Shown piece after piece: positions 32,279-47,167 of a stretch of DNA of 64,000 nt (position 1 is the first letter of the stretch; each line of letters starts with the position of its first letter). Origin of the DNA: Pelagomonas calceolata (taxonomy: Eukaryota); the NCBI GenBank assembly GCA_918797485.1, contig CAKKNE010000001.1:3844001-3908000 (forward strand), read 5' to 3'. A program made the translations under genes and the position numbers. The notes under the pieces were generated by a model. The model was not told the origin of the DNA. It did not search any database and worked only from the letters and a program-made list of their open reading frames with translations.

Positions 32279-33541
32279 CTATTTAAACCCGAACAGCTTC
32301 TTCTTCGGCGGCGGCGGCGCGCCGTCCTCCTGCTGCTGGTTGTTCTGGTAGATCTTGGCCGTGACGTCGTCCTTGGAGTTGATCAATCCAGAAAATGAGT
32401 TGCCGAGCTGGATCTTCTGCGACGCCGCGTAGCGCCCGTCGTTCGCCACGCCGCCTATTCTTTTGTTCACTCCTTCTTCATATTCTTGCCGCGCCCGAGC
32501 GGTCCGTGACCGCAGCTCCCGGTACTCGTCGTAGCGCGCCGCTTCCGACAGCGAGATCGAGTCGAGCAATCGATTGATGTCCCGCTTCAAACGCTCGATC
32601 TGTTGTCGGTCGCGCTCCATCTGCTCCCTAACAGCTGCATCTGCCTTCTCCATGTCGGCCTCGAACTGCTCCCTGTATTTCAATTCTAGCGCTGATGTCG
32701 AGATGACGCCCTTCTCTTCCTCCGTGAGGCCGGGGATACGTATGGTTTGCGCATCGAGCGGCAGCCACCCAAGCGCCTTGCCGAAGACTTGCAGGAGTTC
32801 TTTCTCTCGAGCCTCAGAGGTATATTGGGCGTTCTCTCGCGCTAGGATTCTTGCCTCTACAATGTTCTCGAGCACACCAGGCAAGAACTGGAACTCGACG
32901 TCGAAGATGGCGGCACCATCATATAACTCGGCCAATACATATACTCCGGCGCCGTTGAAAAAATTCCCCTTCGCTGTTAATACTGTAGCGTCCGCCGCGG
33001 AGTAGAGTAACTCTAGTAAATTCCCGACGGCGTCGCCCTTTTGATCGAAAAACACGAAGGGCGGGGTGTATTTTTTCTCACCACGAGTCCCGGACAAACA
33101 CTTCGTATTGCTCGGACAGGCCCGCAGTCGATCCGTGCCGTCCTTGAGCCCGACCTCGTAGTCCCGGGGAATGACGGGCCCGTCGGGCTCCGCCGGTCGT
33201 ACTTTGGCCACCGTGCCCTCGACGCCGAGACTATCAAGCAACGTCTTGATCTGGCCCAATGCTGCTCTGAATGGTGCGTCCTCATCTAAACCAATAACAA
33301 CCCCTTGGTTCGGGCCGTTCGGGTCCAGGGTCCCCAGGTTCGGGTTCAGGGCGGCGAGCGCCGGGGTCATCGTGGCCAGCGGAGCCGTCACGGAGAGCGC
33401 CGCGCAGCCCGCGGTCCGTCGGAGCGACGTCCAGCGGCGCGGCGGCGTCGGCGCCAAGGCTCTTGAGGCGCCGGCGAGGCCTAGCAGTAAGAGTGTCCGT
33501 CGTCGTCGTCGGCGTCGCGATGCTGCATGGAGGCTTGCCAT
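32279..33541 (-). CDS. DUF1499-like plastid/thylakoid protein with C-terminal coiled coil
   Basis: Presequence with RR; LRACPSNTKCLS, DVEF.F. Confidence 0.7.
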   Translation of the reverse strand: MASLHAASRRRRRRRTLLLLGLAGASRALAPTPPRRWTSLRRTAGCAALSVTAPLATMTPALAALNPNLGTLDPNGPNQGVVIGLDEDAPFRAALGQIKTLLDSLGVEGTVAKVRPAEPDGPVIPRDYEVGLKDGTDRLRACPSNTKCLSGTRGEKKYTPPFVFFDQKGDAVGNLLELLYSAADATVLTAKGNFFNGAGVYVLAELYDGAAIFDVEFQFLPGVLENIVEARILARENAQYTSEAREKELLQVFGKALGWLPLDAQTIRIPGLTEEEKGVISTSALELKYREQFEADMEKADAAVREQMERDRQQIERLKRDINRLLDSISLSEAARYDEYRELRSRTARARQEYEEGVNKRIGGVANDGRYAASQKIQLGNSFSGLINSKDDVTAKIYQNNQQQEDGAPPPPKKKLFGFK

Positions 33542-33998
33542 GCTGGCAGGAGAGCGCTCTTGCGCGTCTCGGTTTGAAATTTGCTGTCGAATGCGTGGAG
33601 ATCAATGCACTAGCAGCACTTTGAATCAAGCTGTCGGCGTATTTTTTTGCACACCGGCTGCGCCAAGGCACGCTTTGCGCTCGATCCGGCCAGCGCAGCT
33701 CTAGAGCCCCTGCTGCACTAGCTCGAATGCTTGCGAGGGTTCGGGGGGATAATGCGGGCGTTGGGGGTTGATGAAACACCCCGGTATCGTGCGACGTACG
33801 TATGCGCGCAAAGCAGGGCGGCGATGGTGAAGACGCGGCCCGCGCCGAGCAACGCGCAAGTGGTTCCCCAGCCCAGGGGCTAGACCCAGGGGCGCCGCCA
33901 AACAACACAGGCACGCCAGGGATTGGCCCACACACGACGCCATCGACGCGGCGCGAAAGACGAAACAGTAGAACGAAACAGATCATTAGCCAGAGCTC

Positions 33999-34781
33999 CT
34001 ACATCGTCCGCGACACGTGACACTTGTGGACGTCATCAGGAAACCCCAGCGTGTTCTCCGCGTCAAAAGAGGCGTCCGTGGGGATCAGGCCCAGCGACCG
34101 CGCGCGCTTCACCGCCTTGCGCACGCGCCGTTGACATCTGGCGCACAACCGCGACTGGTGCCGCTTCGCGATCATGCCGCCTTCCGTGACGTACTCCGAC
34201 AAGAAAGCCAAGTTCCCCGCGTGCACCTGCTCCGGGTCGATCAAATGAAAACCTGACTTCTTGTCACAGCGCGGCCGGTCGCCGCGGTATCGATTCAACC
34301 GCGCCAGCAGCTCGTGGGGCCTTTCCCTATCATGCTGGTGCACCTGGAAGTCGTACTCTTCGGGGGCGACGATGGACCCCTGTCTCCTTCGTCTCGTCAG
34401 GTACGAGAGGTCCCGCTCCGTCCCTGATGAAGAGGACTCCCAGTCCGCGCCGAGCATGTCGTTGTCGGGCGCCGCGGGCTCATCATGGGTCGTCGCCGCG
34501 GCGGGGGGGTTGACCTGTATGCTGGACAGCAGCGCGTCCTCGTACCTCCACAATTGCTCCTGCGACACCTCGCCTCTACCTCTTCCGCGGCCGCCGGCGC
34601 CGCGGCCGCGACCTGCGCCTCGCCCTCGGCCTGCCGGCGCCTCGGCTGGTTTCTTCGCGGCATCGCTGCCGTCGTCGCCGCCACTGCTGCTCGTCGAGCT
34701 GGCACCTCTCAGTGGCCAGGCGCGGCGGCGTGCGACGTGTGCTGGTCGTGCGGTCGCGGCTAATTTGTGGAGACGACGCAT
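33999..34781 (-). CDS. Mitochondrial ribosomal protein S18 (bS18m)
   Basis: Arg-rich transit peptide; NLAFLSEYVTEGGMI..R..S.LCARCQRRV.KAVKRAR.LGLIP. Confidence 0.85.
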   Translation of the reverse strand: MRRLHKLAATARPAHVARRRAWPLRGASSTSSSGGDDGSDAAKKPAEAPAGRGRGAGRGRGAGGRGRGRGEVSQEQLWRYEDALLSSIQVNPPAAATTHDEPAAPDNDMLGADWESSSSGTERDLSYLTRRRRQGSIVAPEEYDFQVHQHDRERPHELLARLNRYRGDRPRCDKKSGFHLIDPEQVHAGNLAFLSEYVTEGGMIAKRHQSRLCARCQRRVRKAVKRARSLGLIPTDASFDAENTLGFPDDVHKCHVSRTM

Positions 34782-34852
34782 TGTTGCTGATGCGCGTTGT
34801 CCGTGATTGCAAGCGCGCGCAATGCGAGCACCCCGGCCGCCTCGGGCTTTTG

Positions 34853-34877
34853 GCTAGTGCCTTTACACGACGCTAGC
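34853..34877. promoter_or_regulatory. Bipartite CTAG promoter-associated motif
   Basis: GCTAGTGCCTTTACACGACGCTAGC between divergent genes. Confidence 0.5.
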
Positions 34878-35237
34878 CCACGGTGCAAAAAAGCAGACGT
34901 CCTGCGGGTCCGTGGAGGCTTTCTCCCGGGTCCAAACTCGTGGGAGCGGTGAGTTGGTTGGCGGCTCGACTCCTCATCAGACTTGATGACATATTGGTGA
35001 GACGAGCTAAACGCAGGCTCCCAGTGCACCATATGTGAAATCGATCGTCAGGAGTAGACTGCACCACCGCACTTCGCTGCTGAAAGAGTATCGCGTCGCC
35101 GCGGCAAGGGGCTCTCCCGCATGGGCAGTCTCAACCTGGAGGGGTCGAGGCAAGCAGCTGCAGTCGCGTAGGCGGACGCAGCGGCAAGAAGCACGCATTC
35201 CTCGCACAGCTGGACTTGTCATTTCGCGCAGGCAAAA

Positions 35238-35595
35238 ATGAAGGCCGCCGTATTTGCTGCCCTCGCGACGACTGCCGCCGCGTTCGCGCCCGTCGCGCGG
35301 CCGCTGGCCGCGGCCGCGGCGACGAAGCTGAGCGTCGTGCCGGAGACGGTCGCGGAGCTGCCGTCGATGCTCACGGCGCTAACCCTGTGTGGAGATCAAC
35401 CAGTGATCGGGCTCGGCTCCATCGACCAAAAACGCCTGACATTCGATGTCCACACAGGCGCTGCCGACGCTGACCGCGCCCCAGGAGGGCGAGCTCTTCT
35501 TCACGAGCCCCTTCTTCGTCGCCTTCTTCGTCCTGTCTTCCGCTTTTGGCTGGCCGGTCCTCGCGGCGCTGCGCCTGAACTCGCTCGAGGAGTAG
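35238..35595 (+). CDS. Small (~91 aa) plastid-targeted single-TM protein; GC-AG intron 35376-35457
   Basis: TAAAFAP motif; the spliced product ends ...ELFFTSPFFVAFFVLSSAFGWPVLAALRLNSLEE*. Confidence 0.75.
35385..35457. mobile_element. Introner element, partly decayed
   Basis: TIR CTGTGTGGAGATC/GATGTCCACACAG; degenerate TSD GCGCTAAC(C)/GCGCTGCC. Confidence 0.78.
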
Positions 35596-35774
35596 ACTGG
35601 TGTGCGTGCATATATGGCGCCGGCGGATGGCTGGAGCGCTAAGTTGTAGGATAAACTTAATACTCCACGTCTACGCGTGCGTCATCCCGAATCGCGCCGA
35701 TGGCGTCGAGGGGGGGCACTTCGAATAGACAATATAAAACAGCGAGAAGGATTTCTTTCGCCACGACACGACGC

Positions 35775-39885
<4,111 letters not shown>

Positions 39886-40108
39886 TGTTGCTTTGAAAGT
39901 GGAACGCTGGGGCAGCCCAAACGCTACGGAAATGGCATCAGTGCCGCCGCGGCACTGCAGAACCGCGCGTGGTGCGAGGCGAAGCAGCTTCTTTGCTCTC
40001 GTCGACGCGCAACGCGAGCCCCAGCGCCCACAAAGGCTTGAACCCGCAAGCTGAGCAGCTGGGAGTGGCATCATCCTTGGAAAACGCAAGAAGAATAGGG
40101 AACTAGAC

Positions 40109-41827
40109 TTACTCCAGCAACGCCCCGCCCGCGAGCAGCAGGTTGCCCGGCGTCCAGCGCACGTCGAGCACGGGCCTATCAGAAGTTGAGGACGAGAAGG
40201 CCGGCGCCGGCGCGGGCCCCTTCGCTTGCAATAACGCGACGTCCCACACTTTCAGGGAGCCGTCGCGGCCGCACGTGGCGATAGCCGCGCCGCACGCGGA
40301 AAACGCGCACGCGTAGGCGCAGCCCGCGTGCGCCTCGATTGACGCCGTCGTCTTCCCGGACGCGAGGTCCCAGACGTGCAGCATGCCATTCGTGGAGACG
40401 GCGCAGGCGGACGCGCCATCCGTAGAAATGTCGCATCTCACTAATTCGGACGACGCCGCGTCCAGCACGCGCGCGCAGAGCGGCCCGCCGCCGTCGACCC
40501 GCACGTCCCACAGTCTACAAGTCGCGTCCCGCGAGCACGATAAGATCGAGTGGGCGTTCGGGTGGATTTTGACCGAGGTGACATCCGACCAATGCCCCGC
40601 GAAGATTCGTAAAGGCCGCGTCCGGTCCGTCGAGAAGAGGCGACAGGTCCGGTCCGCGCCGCCCGTCGCAAAAATACGACCGCCGCCCAAGGAATCTGAT
40701 GATGAAGGCGAATGGACGGACCAGCACGCGTCCGCGTGCGCCGCGTAGCGCTGTAACGGCGCGCCCTCGCCTTCGTCGTTCGGCGCGTCGGCGTCCCACA
40801 GCACCACGGCGCCGTCGTTGCCCGAGGATAAAGCGTAGCGCGAACCGCCGGCCCAGCTCACGCTCGACACGCCGCCGACGTGCGCCGCCAAGGGTTTCGA
40901 CGGTCTTCGGTTCTTGTCGTCATCCTCCACAGCGTCGGGCCGCCAGATTCTAACTGTAGAGTCGGCAAACCCCGCGATGCACCTTGTCGTATCGTCGGAA
41001 CCTTGGACGCAAGATACTCGTTGCGCGTCGCCGCCGACAATACACAAACCAAGCACCGTCGGCTTCAGGGCGTCCAAAGGGCCCCTTCCTCGAGAAACTA
41101 AGCCACTTTCAGTTGCCTGCTGCAGCGGCCGGCGGCAGGCGTCTCTCAATAGCGAAGCGCCGTAGGGCGTCGAGAAGTCCGGAACATTCAACCCACTCGG
41201 CGTTTCCAGCTCCGACCGCGTCGGCACGCCCAGCGCCACCTCTGTGAGTACAACGTCCTCGTCGACTAACCGCGCGACGCCCTTCAGACCTTCTTCTTCC
41301 ACCTCTACGAAGTTGTTGAGGATCCGCAACACAGCGGTAAGCTCGGAGCGGATGAGGAAGTCGCCGAGTAAGTCTCTAGCCGCCTTGCCGAGACATACTT
41401 TGAATTTTGATTTCGCCAAGCGCTTGCGGAAGGGGTCGCGCTTGGAAGATGCTTTCGACGAGGCCCTCCTCAGACTCTCGACGTAGGACGCGTAGCGGTC
41501 GTCATGAGAGGGAGCCCACCGTTCCAAGAATCTCGATGCCTCGTCGGTGTTCCCTTCGTCCACAAGGGAACAGTAGCAGTGCGCAAACACGGGAAAAAGT
41601 GCCCCGCTCAAATCCGCGCGCGCCGCCTCCAAACAGCGCTCGACCCAGCCGTGGAACTGCGCGTACTCCGTCGCGGTCTTGGTCGAGGCGAAGCGCGCCT
41701 TGAGGTCGGCCTCGCTCGTGTCGAGGACGGCGCCTTCGTTGTCTTCGACCGCCTCGGGCTCGGCCTCGGGCTCCGGCTCGGGCGCTTTACGCTTTTTGCG
41801 GGCCGCGGGCTTCTTGCGCGGGGGCAT
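40109..41827 (-). CDS. TAF5: TFIID subunit TAF5
   Basis: NTD2 (LFPVFAHCY..LV), GFADSTVRIW, WD40s with DRTCRLFSTDR..PLRIFAGHWSDV..V..HPN. Confidence 0.85.
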   Translation of the reverse strand: MPPRKKPAARKKRKAPEPEPEAEPEAVEDNEGAVLDTSEADLKARFASTKTATEYAQFHGWVERCLEAARADLSGALFPVFAHCYCSLVDEGNTDEASRFLERWAPSHDDRYASYVESLRRASSKASSKRDPFRKRLAKSKFKVCLGKAARDLLGDFLIRSELTAVLRILNNFVEVEEEGLKGVARLVDEDVVLTEVALGVPTRSELETPSGLNVPDFSTPYGASLLRDACRRPLQQATESGLVSRGRGPLDALKPTVLGLCIVGGDAQRVSCVQGSDDTTRCIAGFADSTVRIWRPDAVEDDDKNRRPSKPLAAHVGGVSSVSWAGGSRYALSSGNDGAVVLWDADAPNDEGEGAPLQRYAAHADACWSVHSPSSSDSLGGGRIFATGGADRTCRLFSTDRTRPLRIFAGHWSDVTSVKIHPNAHSILSCSRDATCRLWDVRVDGGGPLCARVLDAASSELVRCDISTDGASACAVSTNGMLHVWDLASGKTTASIEAHAGCAYACAFSACGAAIATCGRDGSLKVWDVALLQAKGPAPAPAFSSSTSDRPVLDVRWTPGNLLLAGGALLE

Positions 41828-42017
41828 TGTCTTTCGTGTTGGCTGGGTCGCTGGTGGGGCGCTCTGCTCGCGGCGATTCAGCGCCCTGGTTGCAGCGATG
41901 CGCGGGCGTGTAGCTGAGGATCGCTGGTCACAGTGAGAAGCAGCGCTTCTTTTTAAACGCCTCCTTGACGTCTAGCGCGCTCAAATGGCCCTGCTTTTTG
42001 CCCCCGCAAAATGAGGC

Positions 42018-42040
42018 GCTAGCGTGATGTAACACACTAG
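42018..42040. promoter_or_regulatory. Bipartite CTAG promoter-associated motif
   Basis: GCTAGCGTGATGTAACACACTAG between divergent genes. Confidence 0.55.
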
Positions 42041-42237
42041 GAAACAGCTCGAGGCTCGAGCTGTGGTCTTGTTTTTGGCCTCCTGCAAGCTTGCTTCGTC
42101 ATCTGAGAGTCGCATCGATGCTCCAGGTTGCTGCGGTTTTAAACTGAGCGCGAACGCGCCAGTTACCGGAGCGCTAGGTGCCACAGAGCAAATACTGAGA
42201 GAGAACCGGTTGCCGCAGCGCTGGACGCCGCAGAGCA

Positions 42238-43866
42238 ATGAGCTCCTCCTGGACATGTAATCAATGCACCTACGTGCATTCTGACGCCGAGGCGCAGTTC
42301 CTCTGCTGCGCCATCTGTAGCGCAGAACGGCCGAAGGCGATCGCTCCTGCGTCGGCACAGGCCGCGGCACCGGCCCCGGCGCCGGCCGCCGCGAGACCGC
42401 GCGCGAAACCGCCGGTCGGGGCCAAGCCGCGCGTGAGCCTGAGCCTGCAACGCCCGGGGCCCGCGACGACGCGACCCGCGCCGCCGCCGCCGCCGGCACC
42501 GACGCCCCCGGTCGACGAGGCCGACGCCGCCGCGCCGCCCACAACCGCAAAAAAGAAGCCGCTCGCCCCGCTCTTCCTGCCCAAGAAGCGCCCGGCGCCG
42601 CCCCCCAAGGCGCGGGCGCCGCTCAAGGCGCCGCGGACGGCCGCCGCCTGGCCCATACAATCCCAGAGGACCGTCGCGCTGCGGTTTTCGATGGCGCGGG
42701 ACGGCGAGGGCCGCGTGCGTGCCTCGATCGAGCGCGGCGGGCCGCAGGCGCCGGCGGCCGGCCGGCGCCGCGTCTTCGAGGCAGAGCGGACCTGCAAGTT
42801 GGCGCTGGCGCACGAGGGCAAGGCGGCCTGCGACGTGAAAATCCACCTGACGCTCGACACTGCCGGTGAAGACGGCGCGGCGTGGCGCGACCGGCGGACC
42901 TACACGGGCGCCAGGGCCGCGGGCGGCCTCGGCCTGCTCCAGTCGCACCTCCAAAAGTGCGTCCGGCGCGGGAACGTGGACCTGGCCGTGCGGTCGGCGC
43001 ACGAGCTGGCCGGCATCACGTATGCCCCGGCGTTGCGTGAAGGCGCCTTCGCTGCCGCGTCGGTGGCGTAGACGCGTCGTGCCCGACGCAGGTTTGGACC
43101 GACGGACCCCGCGGGTATTAAGATGCTCGTGCGGCGCCTGCCGGTCATCGCCGTCGAGGACTCCGCGGCGCTCCCCTGTATAGTGCCAGCCGTCTGGTAC
43201 ATGATGGCTTTGTCGCCGACCGAGAAGTCGCCCGCGACGTACAAGCCCACTGCACAAGACGTCCTCGTCCTGTGCGCGTGTGCGGCCCAGCTCGCGGCGC
43301 ACGGGAGCCGCGACCGGTTCCCGCCGCCGCGCAAGGGCCGCAACGAGCTGCCGACGGACGGCGTCAACCTCGCGCTGCTGATCCGCGCGGCCTACGGCGG
43401 CATGAAGGGCGACGTCGCCATGCTCAGGGAGCGCGCGCACGCCGCGGCGCCGGACGAGACTAGTCCGTGGCTCGCGCCCGTCGCCGCGCCGCCCGCCCTG
43501 CGTCCGGGCGACTGGCTGCTCGAGGGCGTCGACTTCCACCAGAAGGGCGGCGAGATCCTCGGCCGCATGCGGGCCAAGGACATGGCGCTCCAGTCCGTGA
43601 CTGTGCTGAAATCGACCCCACGCCATCGAGCTGCCGCAGTTGCGGGGACGACGTCGCGTCGATGGCGTGGGGCGTCCGCAATTTGATTTCCGCACAGGTT
43701 CGTGTCCGACGAGGATCTGAAGAAGTGGATCTGGCATACGCGGTCAAAATGCAACCGTCGCGACGCGCCGCGGGAGCCGTCGGCGCCGCCGCCCTGGGCC
43801 GACGCGGCCGCGCGCGCGGCGGACGCGGCGGCGCGGGACATGATCGCTGGTGCATGGCGGGGGTAG
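42238..43866 (+). CDS. Protein with RanBP2-type zinc finger and an MgsA-C-like helical domain; introns 43020-43091 and 43593-43697
   Basis: WTCNQCTYVH....CAIC; LLQSHLQKCVRRG, RRLPVIAVED, YGGMKGD..ML, VDFH. Splicing gives one continuous frame ending TAG 43866. Confidence 0.78.
43601..43697. mobile_element. Introner element
   Basis: TIR CTGTGCTGAAATC/GATTTCCGCACAG; TSD GTCCGTGA/GTTCGTGT (6/8). Confidence 0.82.
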
Positions 43867-43964
43867 TGGCCTTGTGACTGTGTGACTCTAAGTGATCTCA
43901 ATGTGGTGGATATTGTAGGGTTCCAGAGGGTTCTTAGAAACTGCACGGGTTTTTCATAACAGGT

Positions 43965-44370
43965 CCGTGATTTCGGATGTTCCAAAATCCGAACTCCCAA
44001 AAACGGCTCAAGCGGAGGCGCCGGCGCGCCCGGACGGGTCAGGCACACGCTGAGAGGGTTAGAGGACGTGGGAGAGGGGGTTGGGGAGACGCGTCGACGT
44101 CCCGCGCGAAATTTGGGCGAGAAGGAGCGGGCACTTTTCAATGCCCGCGACCGCTTTACATAGGTCGGAATCTTACCTATCCGTCCCGTGGCACCTTTCA
44201 ATGCCGCGGGTCGGGCCCTGGAAGGCCCCACGACACGATCCCGCGTCCCGCGCCCGTCGTCCCCTCTCCCACAGGTCCATTTTTACCCTTCTTCGGAGCT
44301 TCGGATCCGAAAATTTTCTCGAACTCGGGCCTTCGGCCCGAGTTCGGATTTTGGGCCTCCGAAATCACGG
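43965..44370. repeat. Intergenic element bounded by ~31-bp imperfect inverted repeats (MITE-like)
   Basis: CCGTGATTTCGGATGTTCCAAAATCCGAACTC (43965-43996) is inverted relative to GAGTTCGGATTTTGGGCCTCCGAAATCACGG (44340-44370). Confidence 0.65.
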
Positions 44371-44449
44371 GTTTTTCACAGATTTTTTTCGACGTTTGGC
44401 CAAGCCGAGCCATTTGCGCACGATCAAGTGTGTTGTGTGTGTAACCCTG

Positions 44450-44872
44450 ATGGCCACGTACTCGCGCCAACTGCTCTCACGGCACAAGACGACGGCTACG
44501 TATGGTGGCCAGGAAGAAGGGAGAGAGAGCATGCTTAAGGTGAGGCAGGGAGTTGGAACGGGCGCCTTACGCCATCGACGCGTTTACGCATTCACGCAGG
44601 TCTTCCCGCCGCGCCCGAACAAGATGTGGGAGACGTTCCACATCGTCGCGTACGAGTCCTACGAGAAGCCCGGCCAGTACGGCGACGCGCAGCAAACAAT
44701 CCAGCGCTTCACGGACCTGGAAGGTGCCCACGCCGCGACCGTCGCGAAGCTCAACAAGGGCGACAAGGTTCGCTTAGAATGGGACCACAACTACGTGACG
44801 CGGTCCGAAAACGGCGGCGGCGAGAGCAAGTACCCCGAGCGCGTCATCACGGCGCTCGAGCCCGTCGCGTAA
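44450..44872 (+). CDS. Small hypothetical beta-rich protein; in-frame intron 44540-44599
   Basis: ATG 44450; 60-nt GTGAGG...CACGCAG intron with the ACGCCATCGACGC core; C-terminus V.L.W.H.YVT....KYPER. Confidence 0.65.
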   Translation: MATYSRQLLSRHKTTATYGGQEEGRESMLKVRQGVGTGALRHRRVYAFTQVFPPRPNKMWETFHIVAYESYEKPGQYGDAQQTIQRFTDLEGAHAATVAKLNKGDKVRLEWDHNYVTRSENGGGESKYPERVITALEPVA

Positions 44873-44886
44873 CGAAACGAACATAG

Positions 44887-45378
44887 TTACTCGAGGAACG
44901 GCTCCGGGTTTTCCGCGCGCGCCGCGTTGCGGTCGTCGGCGAAGCGGTCGGACGTGAACTCTAGCGCTTTCACGCGCGGCGCGCCGTTCGCACATTTCCC
45001 CGAGAGGCAGACGCCAGGATCCATATTTTCGACGGGCTGGTCCTTCAGCGGGCTCTTCGACTGCGTGAAGAAGAGGGACGAGAAGAGGAGGAGGAACGCG
45101 CCGGCGATGGCGGCGACGCCGACGACCGCGGCCTCCTTGCCGAGGGCCGCCATCTTCTCGAGATCTAGAGGCGGCCCCTCGTCCCCGAACACCGCCTCGA
45201 CGACGTCGATCTGCTGCACCTCCTCCACCCTTGCTTTGAACGCGGCCTCGAAGTCGAAGTCGTCCTCATCATCAGCCGCGCGTCGCCGCGTCGGCCGCAA
45301 CGCGCGGCGCGGCAGCTGAAAGGCATTCGTGAAAACTGTCAAACCGACGAGGGCTGTCGTCGTCCGTCGCGCGAGCAT
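44887..45378 (-). CDS. Small plastid-targeted single-TM hypothetical protein
   Basis: TNAFQLP presequence, one TM helix. Confidence 0.7.
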   Translation of the reverse strand: MLARRTTTALVGLTVFTNAFQLPRRALRPTRRRAADDEDDFDFEAAFKARVEEVQQIDVVEAVFGDEGPPLDLEKMAALGKEAAVVGVAAIAGAFLLLFSSLFFTQSKSPLKDQPVENMDPGVCLSGKCANGAPRVKALEFTSDRFADDRNAARAENPEPFLE

Positions 45379-45539
45379 GGCTGTGCCAGCTGGTGCTCTC
45401 AGGGTTTATGACAGTGGTGGCAAGCAACGCAGTGCAGCTTGGCCGACAGGAATCGCGCGCAGCGATGGCGTAAATAGTCACTTTGCCAGCGCAATTGCCA
45501 CCCCAATGGCCTCTCAAAGCTATGCACGCGCGCCTCAGA

Positions 45540-45563
45540 GCTAGCGTACTTTAAGACACTAGC
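45540..45563. promoter_or_regulatory. Bipartite CTAG promoter-associated motif
   Basis: GCTAGCGTACTTTAAGACACTAGC between divergent genes. Confidence 0.55.
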
Positions 45564-45650
45564 AAGCAAAAAAAAAGAGGCATTGCCTAAAAAAAGCTGG
45601 GTGGCCTAGCCAAGACATTCTACCGACACAGAGTTTTCACATACTTATAC

Positions 45651-47153
45651 ATGCTCGCAGCTGGACGACCAACGATGCTGCTAGCGCGCCGCACAGCTCT
45701 CACCGCGACCCGCGCCGGCCGCCGTACCCTCTCCACAGCGCAACAAACCACGACAGAAAGGTACCCGGTCCTCTGGCAGGCCGCCGCGCTCTACTGCGGC
45801 GGCGGCCTGGCGGTGAGCGCCTATCAACTCTTGAATGCGGACTGCCGCGAGGCAATCGAGAAAGCACACACCGACGCGTGGGGCGCGCGCAGACGCCTGG
45901 AGGGCTTCGACGAGGTGCTCGAGTGGCTCGAGTGGTCCGAGGCGGGCGTCGGCTGCGACGTGGCGCCGAAGTTGGTGCGGCAGGGCGCGCTGGCCGCGGC
46001 CGTCGACGGCCTGCTGTCCGACGATCTGGACGTGAGGTGCGCCGCGGCGGCGACTTTGGCGGGCCTCACGCGCGACGACGAGCTCGCGCGACGGTGCTGT
46101 TCCACTGATGACGCGCGGGCGGCGCTCGTCGAGGCCCTGGAGCGCTGCGAGGTCAAGGCGCGGACGCCGCGCCTCGACGTCGACCTCGGCAACGCCCAGA
46201 TCGCCGACGCCGAGGCCTGGGCCGACGCGCGCGCCCACGAGGCGACGCTGCTCTTGGTTGCAGCGAACCTGGCGCCCTCGTGGCCGGCTAACGACCGGGC
46301 GCAGCTCGCGAAAGTACTCGTCGCGGTCCTCGACGCGACGCGGCGCCGGAGCGCGGGCCTGGATAAAGCAAGGGAGCAGTACCTCGACCAGGCCGACGCC
46401 CAGCCGCGGGTCGCGAAGCTCGCCGTCGCCCTCCACGACTCGGCGCTGCGCGAGGCCCTGCGCGAGGTCGAGGCCGCCGGCGCGCTCCTCGCGCACGCGC
46501 TGGCCGCGGCGACGGACGCCGAGGAGCGGTTGTTAGATATTGTCCGTGCTAACGCGCCGGACGCTGTCGCTCACGTAAAACGCGTCGATTTGGCCGGCGG
46601 CGGCCGCGGCGAGGCGCGGCTGCCCGAATTGATGGCTGCGCTCGCGTGGTCCGAGGACGCCGAGGCGGCGCTCCACGCGAACTTCGCGGCGCATCTATTG
46701 CACGCGTCGGACGATCTCCCGGAGCCGGACCTCGGCGTCGCGTCGGGCCTCGACGCGCGCCAGGCCGATTTATTACATCGCTGCCTCGACGCGCTCGAGC
46801 CGGAGCCTTTGCTCTTAGCCTCGGGCTGGGGCGTCGCGCGAAGGTGGTACCGCCACGCGACGTCGCCCTACGCCTTCTTCCCCGCGGCGCACCAGCGGTC
46901 GCTGCGGCCGTTGCCGCAGGCCCTCGTCCGGAGCGCTCTATCAACAGCGCTCGGCGCGGCGCTTCTCACATCACTCTACGGCGCGCGCGGCTGCCGCTAC
47001 GAGCTGCGGCGGGGCTACCTCGCCGAGTCCGACGCGCACCAGGTCGCCTTCAGCGCGGCGCTCGTGTCGCTGGACCTGGCCGTCGTGCTGGCGACGCTGC
47101 GGCGCGCGCCGTTCGCGGCGTTTCCGTTCGTCGTGTGGAACGTGCTGAGCTGA
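45651..47153 (+). CDS. Hypothetical helical (ARM-like) membrane protein, probably mitochondrial
   Basis: 500-aa ORF, Arg/Thr-rich transit peptide, terminal TM segments. Confidence 0.65.
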   Translation: MLAAGRPTMLLARRTALTATRAGRRTLSTAQQTTTERYPVLWQAAALYCGGGLAVSAYQLLNADCREAIEKAHTDAWGARRRLEGFDEVLEWLEWSEAGVGCDVAPKLVRQGALAAAVDGLLSDDLDVRCAAAATLAGLTRDDELARRCCSTDDARAALVEALERCEVKARTPRLDVDLGNAQIADAEAWADARAHEATLLLVAANLAPSWPANDRAQLAKVLVAVLDATRRRSAGLDKAREQYLDQADAQPRVAKLAVALHDSALREALREVEAAGALLAHALAAATDAEERLLDIVRANAPDAVAHVKRVDLAGGGRGEARLPELMAALAWSEDAEAALHANFAAHLLHASDDLPEPDLGVASGLDARQADLLHRCLDALEPEPLLLASGWGVARRWYRHATSPYAFFPAAHQRSLRPLPQALVRSALSTALGAALLTSLYGARGCRYELRRGYLAESDAHQVAFSAALVSLDLAVVLATLRRAPFAAFPFVVWNVLS

Positions 47154-47167
47154 CTTGTGTAGTAAGG

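Noticed and set aside
33700..33990. Possible ncRNA or small gene in the intergenic gap
   Set aside because: No snRNA, SRP, RNase P/MRP or tRNA signature recognised; only the introner core motif is present.
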